From the NCBI GenBank assembly GCA_963768785.1, contig CAVYJD010000014.1:230821-294820 (forward strand): a DNA stretch of 64,000 bases, read 5' to 3'. Below the pieces are notes generated by a model. The model was not told where the DNA came from. It was given only the letters and a program-made list of their open reading frames with translations, and did not search any database. The position numbers were made by a program, and so were the translations under genes. Source of the stretch: an uncultured Methanoregulaceae archaeon. GTDB taxonomy: Archaea > Halobacteriota > Methanomicrobia > Methanomicrobiales > Methanospirillaceae. Below, in pieces: positions 21,470-31,505 of the stretch. The first letter of the stretch is position 1. Every line of letters begins with the position of its first letter.

Positions 21470-22996
21470 TCAATCGGCGTTTGTAATTTTCCACGGGAAA
21501 TGCAAAAGGAACGCCCTGTGTGGCACTGTTGTTAACAATGAACAGGAAACAACGCAGGATGATTTCCGAACAATGCGGGTATACTTCACGGTGATGATCC
21601 GGTATCCGCCTTTTGAGATCGTCATCTCAAACCGCGTTCCTTTGCCCGGCTCTCCGGTTTCCTTAATGGTGATGCCAGTCAAGGAAAGGATCTCCCTGAC
21701 AAGGAACAAACCAAGTCCGGTATGTTTCCCAAATCCCCGTTCGAAGATTTTTTCCTTCTCATCAACAGGAATACCAATCCCGTTGTCCTCCCATAGTATC
21801 ACCAGGTTGTCGCCCGACTTTTTGGAGGATACCTTGATTTCGGTCACCCGCTCTCCGTGCCGGATGGAATTATCAATGAAATTATTGAATACTTTGTTGA
21901 GCATCGGGTCTCCAAATAGTTCAACCTCCGGCAGATCTACGGTGAGTGTGATCGTTTCCGGGACAGGTAAATGTCTCACAAGTTTTTCCGGTTCCTGCCA
22001 TTGGGGTTCCTGAATACCGAGGTCCTGGTAAATCTGAGTTTCAGCGATCAGATTCTGGATCTCTGTTGTGGTAACTTCCAGTTTGCTGATATAATCTGCA
22101 AATGCAGGATCCGGGGATTTCATACGCATGATATCAAGATAACCGTATATCCCCGAGAGCTTGTTGAGGATATCGTGCCGGGTGATGCTGGAGAGAATGC
22201 CAAGTTTCCGATTTGCCAGCATAAGAGCATGTTGTGACACTTTTTGATCGGTGATGTCCACAGCAGTACACACAAAATCCTCTTCATTGGTATTGGACAC
22301 GGATATCAGTACCCATCGCAACGTTTTGTCGTGTGCAGAAAGGGTCACTTCAATATCCTTCACGTATTTACTGTCGTGTAATTTTGAAAGAAATAATTCG
22401 CGGTCTGATGAATTTACGATAATATCTGAAAGATTCTTTTTTATCAGGTCACTACATCTGTACTGGATTGCCTGGGCGAACTTCCGGTTGGCAGCCGTTA
22501 TATCCAGGGTTTTTTTATGAATACTGAAAGTTCCTGCCTGGGAATTATAGAAGATAGTGCGGTTTCTCTGCTGCTCTTTCTGGTACTCTGTGGAATAGAT
22601 GGATATGAGAATTCCAAGGGAGACAAAGACATAGAACCGTATTGTGGCAAGAGTGAAAAGTTGTGAATCCGGAACTTCCCATAAATAGACAAGCGCGAAA
22701 TATAACCATCCGATGAAAATTGTTCCATAGATGCCGAATTTGGGGTGGGAATATGCAATGAGCACCACAGGAATAAGATAAAAGTACGGAAATACATCGT
22801 AGATTCCGTTATTGAGACAGAGATACGTAATGATAATGGAAGAAATGACACTTACGATAATGCTGATATCATAAATGGTCTGTTTTTGATGAGAACTCAG
22901 CCACATAAAAAATTTTAAACTCCCAATAAATATTACAAGAAATATACTCGCTGATATCTTGATTTTATCGATATATGCCGCAATATGGCTCACCAT
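21470..22996 (-). CDS. Membrane-bound PAS sensor histidine kinase
   Basis: N-terminal TM helices, PAS, TRHDILN H-box, NFIDNSIRHG, DNGIGI, GLGLF; start and end uncertain. Confidence 0.88.
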   Translation of the reverse strand: MVSHIAAYIDKIKISASIFLVIFIGSLKFFMWLSSHQKQTIYDISIIVSVISSIIITYLCLNNGIYDVFPYFYLIPVVLIAYSHPKFGIYGTIFIGWLYFALVYLWEVPDSQLFTLATIRFYVFVSLGILISIYSTEYQKEQQRNRTIFYNSQAGTFSIHKKTLDITAANRKFAQAIQYRCSDLIKKNLSDIIVNSSDRELFLSKLHDSKYVKDIEVTLSAHDKTLRWVLISVSNTNEEDFVCTAVDITDQKVSQHALMLANRKLGILSSITRHDILNKLSGIYGYLDIMRMKSPDPAFADYISKLEVTTTEIQNLIAETQIYQDLGIQEPQWQEPEKLVRHLPVPETITLTVDLPEVELFGDPMLNKVFNNFIDNSIRHGERVTEIKVSSKKSGDNLVILWEDNGIGIPVDEKEKIFERGFGKHTGLGLFLVREILSLTGITIKETGEPGKGTRFEMTISKGGYRIITVKYTRIVRKSSCVVSCSLLTTVPHRAFLLHFPWKITNAD

Positions 22997-23397
22997 CTAC
23001 TACAGATGAAAAAAGGAAAACATGAGAAATGAAATGAGATGGATCCTGTGCGGTTTGTCTGCAATCTACACGACCTTGCCCAGGTAATCAATGAGACACC
23101 TGGCAAAGGATCGATGATAATTCCGCTATGGCCGGTGAAATAAGACGGCAAAAATAGTCTTACTTTTTTTATCCTCCAACAAAAGCTCATCTCATGAATG
23201 TCAAGGATGAGACTTCGCACCCTGACATCCATCGATCTGGTGTAAATTTCCCATGGTGTTAATTTCATAATCTCCCGGTCATTCTTCCATTCACGTTATA
23301 TTGGAATCCATGCACCATCATTTCAAATGAAAATTCCCAAAACTTTTGAAAAGTAAAATTGCGTTCATGCCGCGCCCATCAAAGAGACAAAAAAGGT

Positions 23398-24858
23398 TTA
23401 GTCAGACCCCTTGAAGATGGCATGGAAGAGCATAATAACCGGGATAACCTCGAGCCGGCCCAGCCACATCACCAGGATAAACGTCCATTTCGAAATAATG
23501 GGCATATCCGGGGTAACATACCCCACGTTGATCCCGCATGTGGAGAAGGCAGACACCACCTCAAACAGGATATCGGTGATGGTGTAGGTCGTCAGGTGGA
23601 ACTGGATAATGACCAGCGTCGCGACAAATATAATCGCAACGGACAGGATAATCACGAGCATGTTCTTTGAAGTTTCCAGTTCGGCAGTCGCACGGGGAAT
23701 GATCCGCCCTTCGATTTTGAAGGGGAGCAGGATTTTGCCGCTCACGAATATGCGGCGGAACCACCAGATAAGTGCACGGTAAGCAAGCGCGACGCGGTTG
23801 AGCTTGATCCCGCCTGCAGTGCTCCCGGACGCTCCACCAATAAACACAAACATCGTCAGGAAGAGGAGCGTCACACTTGCCCAGCCATGCGGGTTGGTGA
23901 TCTGGAAGCCGGTGGTAGTCAGGGCAGATACCGTCATAAACAGACCCTGTTCCACCGCTACCAGAAGATCGAGATCGTTAAAAAACACCAGATCGTAAGC
24001 AAGGATTGCGGTACCGATTACCGCGAAAAATAGGAAAAGTTTGACCTGCTCATCCCCAAACAGGCTCCAGCGCCGGTTCTCTTTTATCAGGTAATAAAGT
24101 TTGAACGGCAGCGCCCCGGCGATCATGATCGGGATGAGCATGAGTTCGAGAAAGATATTGTGGTAAAAGGAGATACCGCCACTATGAAGGGTGAACCCGC
24201 CGGTGGATATCGTTGATAACCCGAGATTTACCGATTCCCAGAGAGATAACCCGGTGAAAAGGATCAGGCTTATCGCAATAAACGTCAGAAGCCCGTAAAT
24301 TTTCCAGATCTCGCGCCCGGTGGCGATGATGCTGGGCATGAGCGGTTCGTCCCTGCCCTCGGTACGGAACATCTTTGACCGGAAAAGGCCGGTGCTGCTC
24401 GCCATTGCAATGACAAATGCGATGATCCCGATACCGCCAATCCACTGCATATAGGATCGCCAGAACAGGAGCGTATACGGCGCTGTATCAAGTGACTGCA
24501 TCATCGAAAATGCGGTGCCCGTCCATCCTGCCATGCCTTCAAACAGCGAATCGGTAAAACTCATGTTGAGCCCCAGCATGAACGGGAGCCCGCTTATGAC
24601 GGCGCTTGCGAACCAGAAAAGAGCCACCGAACACATCGCAGTCGACAATCTCGTCTCCCGCTCGTTTTTTGGAAGACGCTTGAACAGGTGGCCAAGGATA
24701 AAAAACACAAGAGGCACGGATGCCATCGGCAGGAGCATGCGCCATTCGCCGTAGATCAGCGCAACACCCAGCGGGACGCAGGTAACAGGCGCAATAAAAG
24801 TGAAAATTTCCCCCAGATCGGCAACGATCGTGGAGAGATATTCGAGCCGGTGCATCAC
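23398..24858 (-). CDS. trkH: TrkH-family potassium uptake membrane protein
   Basis: WIGGIG, ISTGGF, TTTGF, GSTAGGIK, MWLGRLE. Confidence 0.92.
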   Translation of the reverse strand: MMHRLEYLSTIVADLGEIFTFIAPVTCVPLGVALIYGEWRMLLPMASVPLVFFILGHLFKRLPKNERETRLSTAMCSVALFWFASAVISGLPFMLGLNMSFTDSLFEGMAGWTGTAFSMMQSLDTAPYTLLFWRSYMQWIGGIGIIAFVIAMASSTGLFRSKMFRTEGRDEPLMPSIIATGREIWKIYGLLTFIAISLILFTGLSLWESVNLGLSTISTGGFTLHSGGISFYHNIFLELMLIPIMIAGALPFKLYYLIKENRRWSLFGDEQVKLFLFFAVIGTAILAYDLVFFNDLDLLVAVEQGLFMTVSALTTTGFQITNPHGWASVTLLFLTMFVFIGGASGSTAGGIKLNRVALAYRALIWWFRRIFVSGKILLPFKIEGRIIPRATAELETSKNMLVIILSVAIIFVATLVIIQFHLTTYTITDILFEVVSAFSTCGINVGYVTPDMPIISKWTFILVMWLGRLEVIPVIMLFHAIFKGSD

Positions 24859-24927
24859 TAGGAGGTTGCCGCCCGGGCTCTATATAGTGTTTGCCTCACC
24901 AACGGAGAAAAAAAGAAGATTGTTTTG

Positions 24928-25308
24928 TTATGCTTTGTTTGTCCACAGGCCATGGACATTGCAGTAAATCCGTGCCTTGACATTCGCATCGGAAATACAG
25001 AATTCCGCCTCGGGCTTTTCGCCGGGCTTGAACCCTTTGATATACAGGTTCTCACCTGATTTGACTTCCACCCACTCGATATAGTGTTTCTCCTCCATCG
25101 GGTGGGGTATGGACCCAATCTTCACGATAATGCCCTTTGCGGTCTTTTCAACAACCGGCACATGCTTCTCCTTTCCTGCGTCCGCAGTCTTTTCCTGCTG
25201 GAGTACCATCGGCTGACCACAGCAGACAAGCGTCCCGCCGGATGCATGGACAACCTTTACGATGTTCCCGCAAACGTCGCACTTATAGACATCAAACAGT
25301 TTTGTCAT
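24928..25308 (-). CDS. dfx: Desulfoferrodoxin (superoxide reductase)
   Basis: CDVCGN...CCG, EKHVP, HPM...HYIEW, YCNVHGLW. Confidence 0.95.
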   Translation of the reverse strand: MTKLFDVYKCDVCGNIVKVVHASGGTLVCCGQPMVLQQEKTADAGKEKHVPVVEKTAKGIIVKIGSIPHPMEEKHYIEWVEVKSGENLYIKGFKPGEKPEAEFCISDANVKARIYCNVHGLWTNKA

Positions 25309-25323
25309 GTTCCGCTCCCATGT

Positions 25324-26508
25324 TTATACGATATTAATCTCCTGATGTTTCTTTAAGATATCGTCTGCCAGCCGGTCAAGCGATTTCATGGCTGCTTCAT
25401 CGGGCAATCCTTTGACCATCACCGGCTCGAGCACCTCGACTTTCACATGGTCGAGCATCTTTGTAATCGTATCAACCGCTTTTCCGCCCCAGCCAAACGA
25501 TCCAATCACCGATGCAAACCGGACTTTGGGTTTGAGCACGTTTGCCAGGTACGTGGCAGCGACTACCTGCGGGTGCGGGCCAAAGAGCACCGTAGGCGTC
25601 GCAATCACCACGGTTGCCGGATCGACAAGCGCCATCGCCAGTTCACCAATATCGGTTTTTGTCAGGTTAAACGGTTTGACCGTGATCCCCCGCTCAATCA
25701 GCGCACTGACCAGATGATCCACCATCTTCTGCGTACTGCCATGCATCGAAACATACGGGATGATCACTTCGTTTTTCACGTTGTCTGATACCCAGTCGGC
25801 ATAGGCATCGAGGATGAACGGCGGGTTCTTGTGTATGGGGCCATGACTGGGGGCAATCATCGCCGGGCCAAGCGCTTTTACCTTCTCCACGTACCCCCGG
25901 ATACTGCCGCGGAAGGGCATCATGATCTCGGCGTAATACCGTTTTGCCGAGCGGTACGCGGCGGCTTCATCGGAAATGAACAGGTCGCTTGTCGCCATGT
26001 GGAACCCGAAAAGATCGCAGGAGAAGAGGATCCTGTCCTCTTTGAGATAGGTGATCTGGGTCTCAGGCCAGTGTGTCCATGGCGTGATAAAAAATTCAAG
26101 CGTCCGGTCACCCAGTGAAAGGGTATCCCCCTCTTTGATGATCCTGAACCTGTCCGTGGGGATATGGAGCAGTGCCTCAAGGAGATCCCGGCACTTCTCG
26201 TTTGTCACGACAACAGCATCCGGGAAGAACTCCAGGATCATCGGCAGGGAACCGGAGTGGTCCTGTTCGGCATGGTTGATGACAATATAATCAATCCGCT
26301 CAACGCCCAGTTTGACGATGTTTGAAACCAGTTCAAACTCTTTTGTCGGGTCAACGGTATCGATCAGGGCCGTCTTTTCGCTGCCGCGGATCAGGTACGA
26401 ATTGTAACTTGTGCCCTCCGGAAGAGGGATCAGTTCATCAAAAATCCGCCGGTCAAAATCATGCGCACCCACCCAGAAGATACCCGGTACAATTTCCCGT
26501 GAAACCAT
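25324..26508 (-). CDS. fprA: Flavodiiron protein (FprA family)
   Basis: GTSYNSY, NHAEQDHSG, HWPE, APSHG, SMHGST, GSFGWGG. Confidence 0.93.
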   Translation of the reverse strand: MVSREIVPGIFWVGAHDFDRRIFDELIPLPEGTSYNSYLIRGSEKTALIDTVDPTKEFELVSNIVKLGVERIDYIVINHAEQDHSGSLPMILEFFPDAVVVTNEKCRDLLEALLHIPTDRFRIIKEGDTLSLGDRTLEFFITPWTHWPETQITYLKEDRILFSCDLFGFHMATSDLFISDEAAAYRSAKRYYAEIMMPFRGSIRGYVEKVKALGPAMIAPSHGPIHKNPPFILDAYADWVSDNVKNEVIIPYVSMHGSTQKMVDHLVSALIERGITVKPFNLTKTDIGELAMALVDPATVVIATPTVLFGPHPQVVAATYLANVLKPKVRFASVIGSFGWGGKAVDTITKMLDHVKVEVLEPVMVKGLPDEAAMKSLDRLADDILKKHQEINIV

Positions 26509-26519
26509 AGTTACTCTCC

Positions 26520-26687
26520 TCACTCCTTCCTGAACTTGTCCCTGGATGCACCGCATACCGGGCATGCAAAGTCAGCCGGCAGCGCAGTAAAGTCTACACC
26601 ATCCTTGATATTCAGAAGCGGTTCGCCTTTATCAGGATTGTATACATGCCCACATATCTGGCATACGTAACGGTCTATTATGATCAT
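26520..26687 (-). CDS. Rubredoxin (55 aa, absent from the ORF track)
   Basis: Translated by hand: MIIIDRYVCQICGHVYNPDKGEPLLNIKDGVDFTALPADFACPVCGASRDKFRKE; two CxxC motifs. Confidence 0.93.
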   Translation of the reverse strand: MIIIDRYVCQICGHVYNPDKGEPLLNIKDGVDFTALPADFACPVCGASRDKFRKE

Positions 26688-26765
26688 CACTCCAATATCC
26701 GTCTGGTAGAGTGTATCGCCCGATAATTGATTAATAATTTCCTTACGTGATCAGATTGTCCGTTT

Positions 26766-27317
26766 TCAGGTGCGAATGCGAGGGGGAACATGTTCCAGGA
26801 GATGATAACGCTCAACAAAAAAACGGAATGAACCATTTTTTACCACCGCGGATTCAAGCGAGAAACCTTTCAGGATTTCGAACATGAAATCGATACGTGA
26901 ATCAAACTGCCGGGGAATGAGCGTGTTGAATAGCTCTTTTGTGATCTCGTCAGTGGATGCCAGTGATTGCATATGGAGGCTGGAAAGCGATTCCCCGGTC
27001 AGTCCCGCAAGATACCAGCTCTCGATCTCTTTTATCACGATGATAATGCTGCCACCGTCGATATGGTTGAACCGGTAGTACAGGATCTGTTTTTTGTCAC
27101 GGACCGAGTGCTCCTGGTCAATGTCGGCAACAAAAATATAATCATTCTGCATCTGCTGCACGCTTTTTAAAAATTTGTTCACCTTCTCGCGCTTGGTAGA
27201 GGCATAGGGGATAATATCCACGGAATCGTACCGGGAAACAAAGAGCGGTTTGATGATCCGGCCAAAGAAACGGACGTCGTCACCTCCTTCGACCATGATA
27301 AACAGCCGTTTTTTCAT
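26766..27317 (-). CDS. TOPRIM-like protein (DUF4276/RloB-like)
   Basis: MVEGGDD, VADID and EIESWYL acidic motifs; 3 bp downstream of an ABC ATPase. Confidence 0.6.
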   Translation of the reverse strand: MKKRLFIMVEGGDDVRFFGRIIKPLFVSRYDSVDIIPYASTKREKVNKFLKSVQQMQNDYIFVADIDQEHSVRDKKQILYYRFNHIDGGSIIIVIKEIESWYLAGLTGESLSSLHMQSLASTDEITKELFNTLIPRQFDSRIDFMFEILKGFSLESAVVKNGSFRFFVERYHLLEHVPPRIRT

Positions 27318-27320
27318 GTT

Positions 27321-28586
27321 TTAGAGTCCCAGCAGGTTCTGCACATAGAGCTCGTCAATGCCGATCTCGTTTTCAAGGAATGTTTTTACTTCTTCTTTAT
27401 CGGCAGGACGGGAGATGACCGAGAACCCGTCACTGTCCCGGGAGATGAGCAGGATATCGTCTAGGGATGCATGCTTGACCACTTCTGTACTGTGGGTGGT
27501 GATCATCACCTGTTCGCGGCGGGAAGATTCCTGCATCATCGCGACGACCCGGGAGACGAGGAACGGGTGGATGTGGCTGACCGGTTCTTCGATGATGATA
27601 AACGGGCGTTCTTCAAAATAGAGCGCGATGATCAGGGCGAAGATCATGATCGTGCCGTCAGAGAGCGACGACGCGGGCAGGTCAAGACTTTTCGCATACC
27701 GCTCCCGCAGGGTCATCATCAGGGACACGTCCATAAACTTTTTTACAGAAAAATCCTCAACAAACGGGAGGATGTCCTTGAGAAGGTTTGAGAATTTCCG
27801 TTTCTTTTCCGGGTTATCAAGGATGTTTTTTACCGCAAGCGTCAGGTTTTCCGCATCCTCTTCAAGCGCTGTTTTCCCGGTGATCAAAACGCCTTTTTTG
27901 GGGAGTTTTGGGTTGATATCGTAGATCGCAATACGGTCAAAGAATTTTTCGATGTGCGGCATGGGATACGCATAGGGAGTTTCGATCAGCAGCGTTTGCC
28001 GGGGAAGCTGTTTTTTCCGGTAAAACAGCGGGATTATATCCTCTTTTTTCAGCGGGCAGCCTTTGGGGATATCGACATGGTAGTGAAGGTTCCCGTTTAC
28101 CGTGCAGATTTCGATATGCCCGCGCCCGATACGGTCTTTCTCAACCCAGCCGGTCGTCCCGTGCTCGCACAGGGAAATATCATATCCGATTATTAACCGA
28201 TCTTTTACAATCTCGGGGTTTGCTTCCGTCTGGCCAAACCGCAGCGCAAATTCATAACTGGATTCGCAGGCGCGGAACCCCAACGCAGTCGTTTCTCCCG
28301 GCTGCTGTTCCAGCACATCAAAACGGGGTGCAGGTTCATACTCAACCCGCACTTCGAGATCCCGGGAGACGCCAATCTTTGCATTGCGAAGATAGTCCAC
28401 GCCACCCTGAAGCGCAATTGCGTTGACAAGACCATGCCGGGAGATATCACGCAAAAACCTGAACAGGTTAATAAAATTTGATTTTCCTGCTGCGTTTGAA
28501 CCGATGACAACAGAAAAACGGGGCAGGGTTACATCGAGCGTGGCAAAACTCTTGAAATTGGATGCACTGATTCTTTTGATGGGCAT
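27321..28586 (-). CDS. Soluble ABC-type ATPase (AAA_21/AAA_15-like)
   Basis: NFKS, GSNAAGKSN, LSDGT signature, IIIEEP, TTHS; no TM segments. Confidence 0.88.
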   Translation of the reverse strand: MPIKRISASNFKSFATLDVTLPRFSVVIGSNAAGKSNFINLFRFLRDISRHGLVNAIALQGGVDYLRNAKIGVSRDLEVRVEYEPAPRFDVLEQQPGETTALGFRACESSYEFALRFGQTEANPEIVKDRLIIGYDISLCEHGTTGWVEKDRIGRGHIEICTVNGNLHYHVDIPKGCPLKKEDIIPLFYRKKQLPRQTLLIETPYAYPMPHIEKFFDRIAIYDINPKLPKKGVLITGKTALEEDAENLTLAVKNILDNPEKKRKFSNLLKDILPFVEDFSVKKFMDVSLMMTLRERYAKSLDLPASSLSDGTIMIFALIIALYFEERPFIIIEEPVSHIHPFLVSRVVAMMQESSRREQVMITTHSTEVVKHASLDDILLISRDSDGFSVISRPADKEEVKTFLENEIGIDELYVQNLLGL

Positions 28587-28667
28587 GGATTTACCTGTAC
28601 GTCATCGTCACTGTCTGAAAATAAAAAGGATGCGCCGGAGTATGGCGGGAAATTGAACGATATCAGG

Positions 28668-28749
28668 CACTGTAGAAAACCTCATTCATAATACGCAGCC
28701 CCACTCTTGTGTTGCCTCTCCCATTGAGGAGAGGGGGGGTCAACCTCAA
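28668..28749 (+). repeat. Chimeric element: module A start joined to degenerate module D end
   Basis: CACTGTAGAAAACCTC..ACGCAGCCCCACTCTTG (A-like) followed by GCCTCTCCCATTGAGGAGAGGGGGGGTCAACCTCA (D-like). Confidence 0.55.
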
Positions 28750-28830
28750 CAAGTGCACGTCCGGATAGGACCTGGATAAAATTCAAACAGATTTTGTTTG
28801 TTTTGCCATGAAAAAAAGAAGTGAAGTGGA

Positions 28831-29808
28831 TTATGCCGTGGAATTGGTTATGGAAAACGTGCTGCCCCAGGTAGCCGAATTTCCCGAGACACTGTTGCGC
28901 ACTACCGAGTGATAGGCCCCAGTCGTCGCATCCGACGGAATGACAAGGGAGCAGGTGATCTTTGATGGCGGGGTGGACACGGTGCTCTGGCATATGATAT
29001 CAGATGTGCCAGTAAGAGAAAGCGTCACCGCTGCAGGATTTTCAAAGTTTGTGCCGGTGATAACAAGGGATATCGTCTGCCCGAGTGGGCCAGTGGTCGG
29101 ACTGACCCCGGTAATGCCGGGGATAACGTCGCCGATGACAAAACCGTTGTTGAGCGAATTATACTGCCCGTCCGGGTTGGTAACCCGTATGGACAGGGAT
29201 CCGGTATTCAGCCCGTTCAGGTTAGCCATGCAGGTAATCTGCGTTGAGGTGACCGATACACCCGTTGCCTGGACCGTTGGGTATCCAGGCTGGACCAGAC
29301 TGACCGTTGCACCGGAGATGAAGTTCGTGCCGGTGATGGTCAGGCTGACCGGCGTGTTCAATGCAGCAACCGTAGGCGAGACACTGGTTATCCGGGGTCC
29401 GCTGCCCAAGAGGGTGGTCGGGACTGCCGTTGGCGCCGTGGGAGTTACGACGGGTACTGATGAGAGGTCGACATGGGAAACTTTGACCGGGTAGAGCTGT
29501 TCCATGGATGCGCGTGGGAACTTATCCGTGCTGGCGTCACTGCGGTGCCCCCAGGATCCATCAGTATTCCTGTATATCATCGCCCGGGTATACTGGTCGT
29601 TTGTTGAATCGTAGGACAGTATCAGCCAGAACGGGGATTGCGAAGCGGTTTTCGCGGCAATATCGCCGGCTACATAGTGCGCTGTCGGGGTAGTTGCTGT
29701 CGTAACAGGAGTGTATGTCCCTGATGACTGGTCGGAACAGCCCGCAAAAAACACCCCCACAACAAGAATCAATCCAAGAATAAGTCCACATTTCACCGTA
29801 TTCTGCAT
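28831..29808 (-). CDS. Surface lipoprotein with two IPT/TIG domains
   Basis: FAGC lipobox, Thr/Pro linkers, two P.IT.VSP...LxITGTNF repeats. Confidence 0.8.
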   Translation of the reverse strand: MQNTVKCGLILGLILVVGVFFAGCSDQSSGTYTPVTTATTPTAHYVAGDIAAKTASQSPFWLILSYDSTNDQYTRAMIYRNTDGSWGHRSDASTDKFPRASMEQLYPVKVSHVDLSSVPVVTPTAPTAVPTTLLGSGPRITSVSPTVAALNTPVSLTITGTNFISGATVSLVQPGYPTVQATGVSVTSTQITCMANLNGLNTGSLSIRVTNPDGQYNSLNNGFVIGDVIPGITGVSPTTGPLGQTISLVITGTNFENPAAVTLSLTGTSDIICQSTVSTPPSKITCSLVIPSDATTGAYHSVVRNSVSGNSATWGSTFSITNSTA

Positions 29809-29893
29809 ACTGGTACCCTTTCGCGCATTGATGTATAAATATTATTTATCGTGGATCATTGAGGAACAGCCCCGTCTTGCACACTCTCATTTT

Positions 29894-30721
29894 TCAATCC
29901 AGCCGGATGGTAGTATAATACCGGAAAAAATACCCGTGAACAAGAACCAGAACAAGAGCGGTCACGAAGGCAGTGCCATACACGGGCAGGGCACCTGATG
30001 AGAGGTAACGCGGGTCAAATGAACCGGCACCGGTGACAACCAGACAGAATGCGAGGAGCATTGCTGAAGCATAGATATCCCGGATTGCAAAAAAGAAGAG
30101 CGCAACAATGATCCCGATGAGAAAAAATACGGGAAATTTCCCACCCGAACCGGATAATCCCGCATGGGCAAATGAGGTGCAGTCAAAAAAGATTGCCGTC
30201 ACCACAATACCATAGAGGATCGATACTAAAACGCCGCCGCTCCGGAAAAATGCCTGGATATGGGTCCCGACCAGCACCCAGCAGACCATGATCGACGCGA
30301 TTGCAGTCGGCAGGAGGAAAAAAAATGCAGTGATGCCAGTCATCCTGTCGGATCCAAACGGGGAGAAGAGAACAAGACCGGGATAGACAATAAGCCCGGT
30401 AACGGCACATGCCGTGACCGTGCGCCGCACCGGGCGAAACCCGATCTGGAACATGTTCACGTCACCCGATACAAAAGACCTCCGTATGAAAAGGACGGGG
30501 ACAAGAATGCCGACAATTATGCAGGAAAAAACCGTGTAGATAACAAGGGCCAGCGTATTGCTGTGCGAGAACAACCGTATGTTTCCTTCTAAAAGAAAAT
30601 TCTCGATCATCCATACAAAAAACACCGCAAAGGGGATGATGACCAGGCGGACAAGTGTCGATCTCAGGTGAGGGGTTTTTGGCATGATATTCCTGCTCTT
30701 GTCCGAACCGGTATTTTCCAT
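29894..30721 (-). CDS. Multi-pass membrane hypothetical protein
   Basis: About eight hydrophobic segments. Confidence 0.65.
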   Translation of the reverse strand: MENTGSDKSRNIMPKTPHLRSTLVRLVIIPFAVFFVWMIENFLLEGNIRLFSHSNTLALVIYTVFSCIIVGILVPVLFIRRSFVSGDVNMFQIGFRPVRRTVTACAVTGLIVYPGLVLFSPFGSDRMTGITAFFFLLPTAIASIMVCWVLVGTHIQAFFRSGGVLVSILYGIVVTAIFFDCTSFAHAGLSGSGGKFPVFFLIGIIVALFFFAIRDIYASAMLLAFCLVVTGAGSFDPRYLSSGALPVYGTAFVTALVLVLVHGYFFRYYTTIRLD

Positions 30722-31049
30722 GAAATTTCCTGTTGTACGATATACCGGTTTTCCTGATGTACTTTTTTCTTTGCTGGTGATTTAAAAAAAGGGGTCTGTA
30801 GAACATTCACTGTTAATAGTGAAATTAATCGAAGAGTTAAAGTTACAAGATAATGGAGGAACCGGTCGGTTCCCCAAACCGCCTCCTACATGAGGAACTC
30901 CCTCCATCCCCCACCGGAGCCCGGAGCCGGGCAGCCTGAAACAGTTTCGGAATGGATTAGAGCAATTCTAGAATAGATTTAGGAGGGTCACTAATGCCCT
31001 TTTCGTGGCACTTTGGAGGATCAAAGTGTGTATTTGATACATAGTTAAA

Positions 31050-31190
31050 CAAGGGAAGGGGACGGCGCTCCGCGCCGCCTGCGGGTCCACTTTTGCGGAT
31101 CTCGGAAGCACCCGGAGTATCGCAATACGACCTTTTGCCCAGCGAGGGATCGACGAGACACCTAAAGCGACCCATCAGGGGGGCTCCCTC
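31050..31190 (-). repeat. Module C variant followed by another GC-rich segment
   Basis: Minus strand CCCCTGATGGGTCGCTTTAGGTGTCTCGTCGATCCCTCGCTGGGCAA matches 63166-63213 and 50139-50186. Confidence 0.7.
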
Positions 31191-31236
31191 ATTATACTGA
31201 TAAAATGCGAGATTTTCTCAATTGACGGGTGGTCTT

Positions 31237-31496
31237 CTGTAGAAATCATCGTTCATTATCTTAGGCACTCTTCGAAAATCCAGGATATCCGAATTCCCTG
31301 CTCCCGCCATATGGCATCCCCGGATTGTGGTAGATCCCAAAGAAGTGGTAAAAAAACCCAAAAATAAGAGATGAAAACCGGGGGTCAAGGGGATGCTCCC
31401 CTTGGGGTGCCTCCCCCTTTGGGGGAGAGAGGGGGTCACCCTCATAACATACATAAGAGTTTTTTTTATTGGATGATTACAGGTTTTCTGCAGAGC
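31237..31496 (+). mobile_element. MITE-like element carrying hairpin module D (copy 1)
   Basis: Inverted ends CTGTAGAAA ... TTTCTGCAGAGC; core 31380-31446 is nearly the reverse complement of 43364-43430. Confidence 0.65.
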
Positions 31497-31505
31497 TAAA
31501 AAAAG

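Noticed and set aside
22990-23268. 92-aa ORF upstream of the histidine kinase
   Set aside because: No recognisable domain and atypical composition; cannot be supported.
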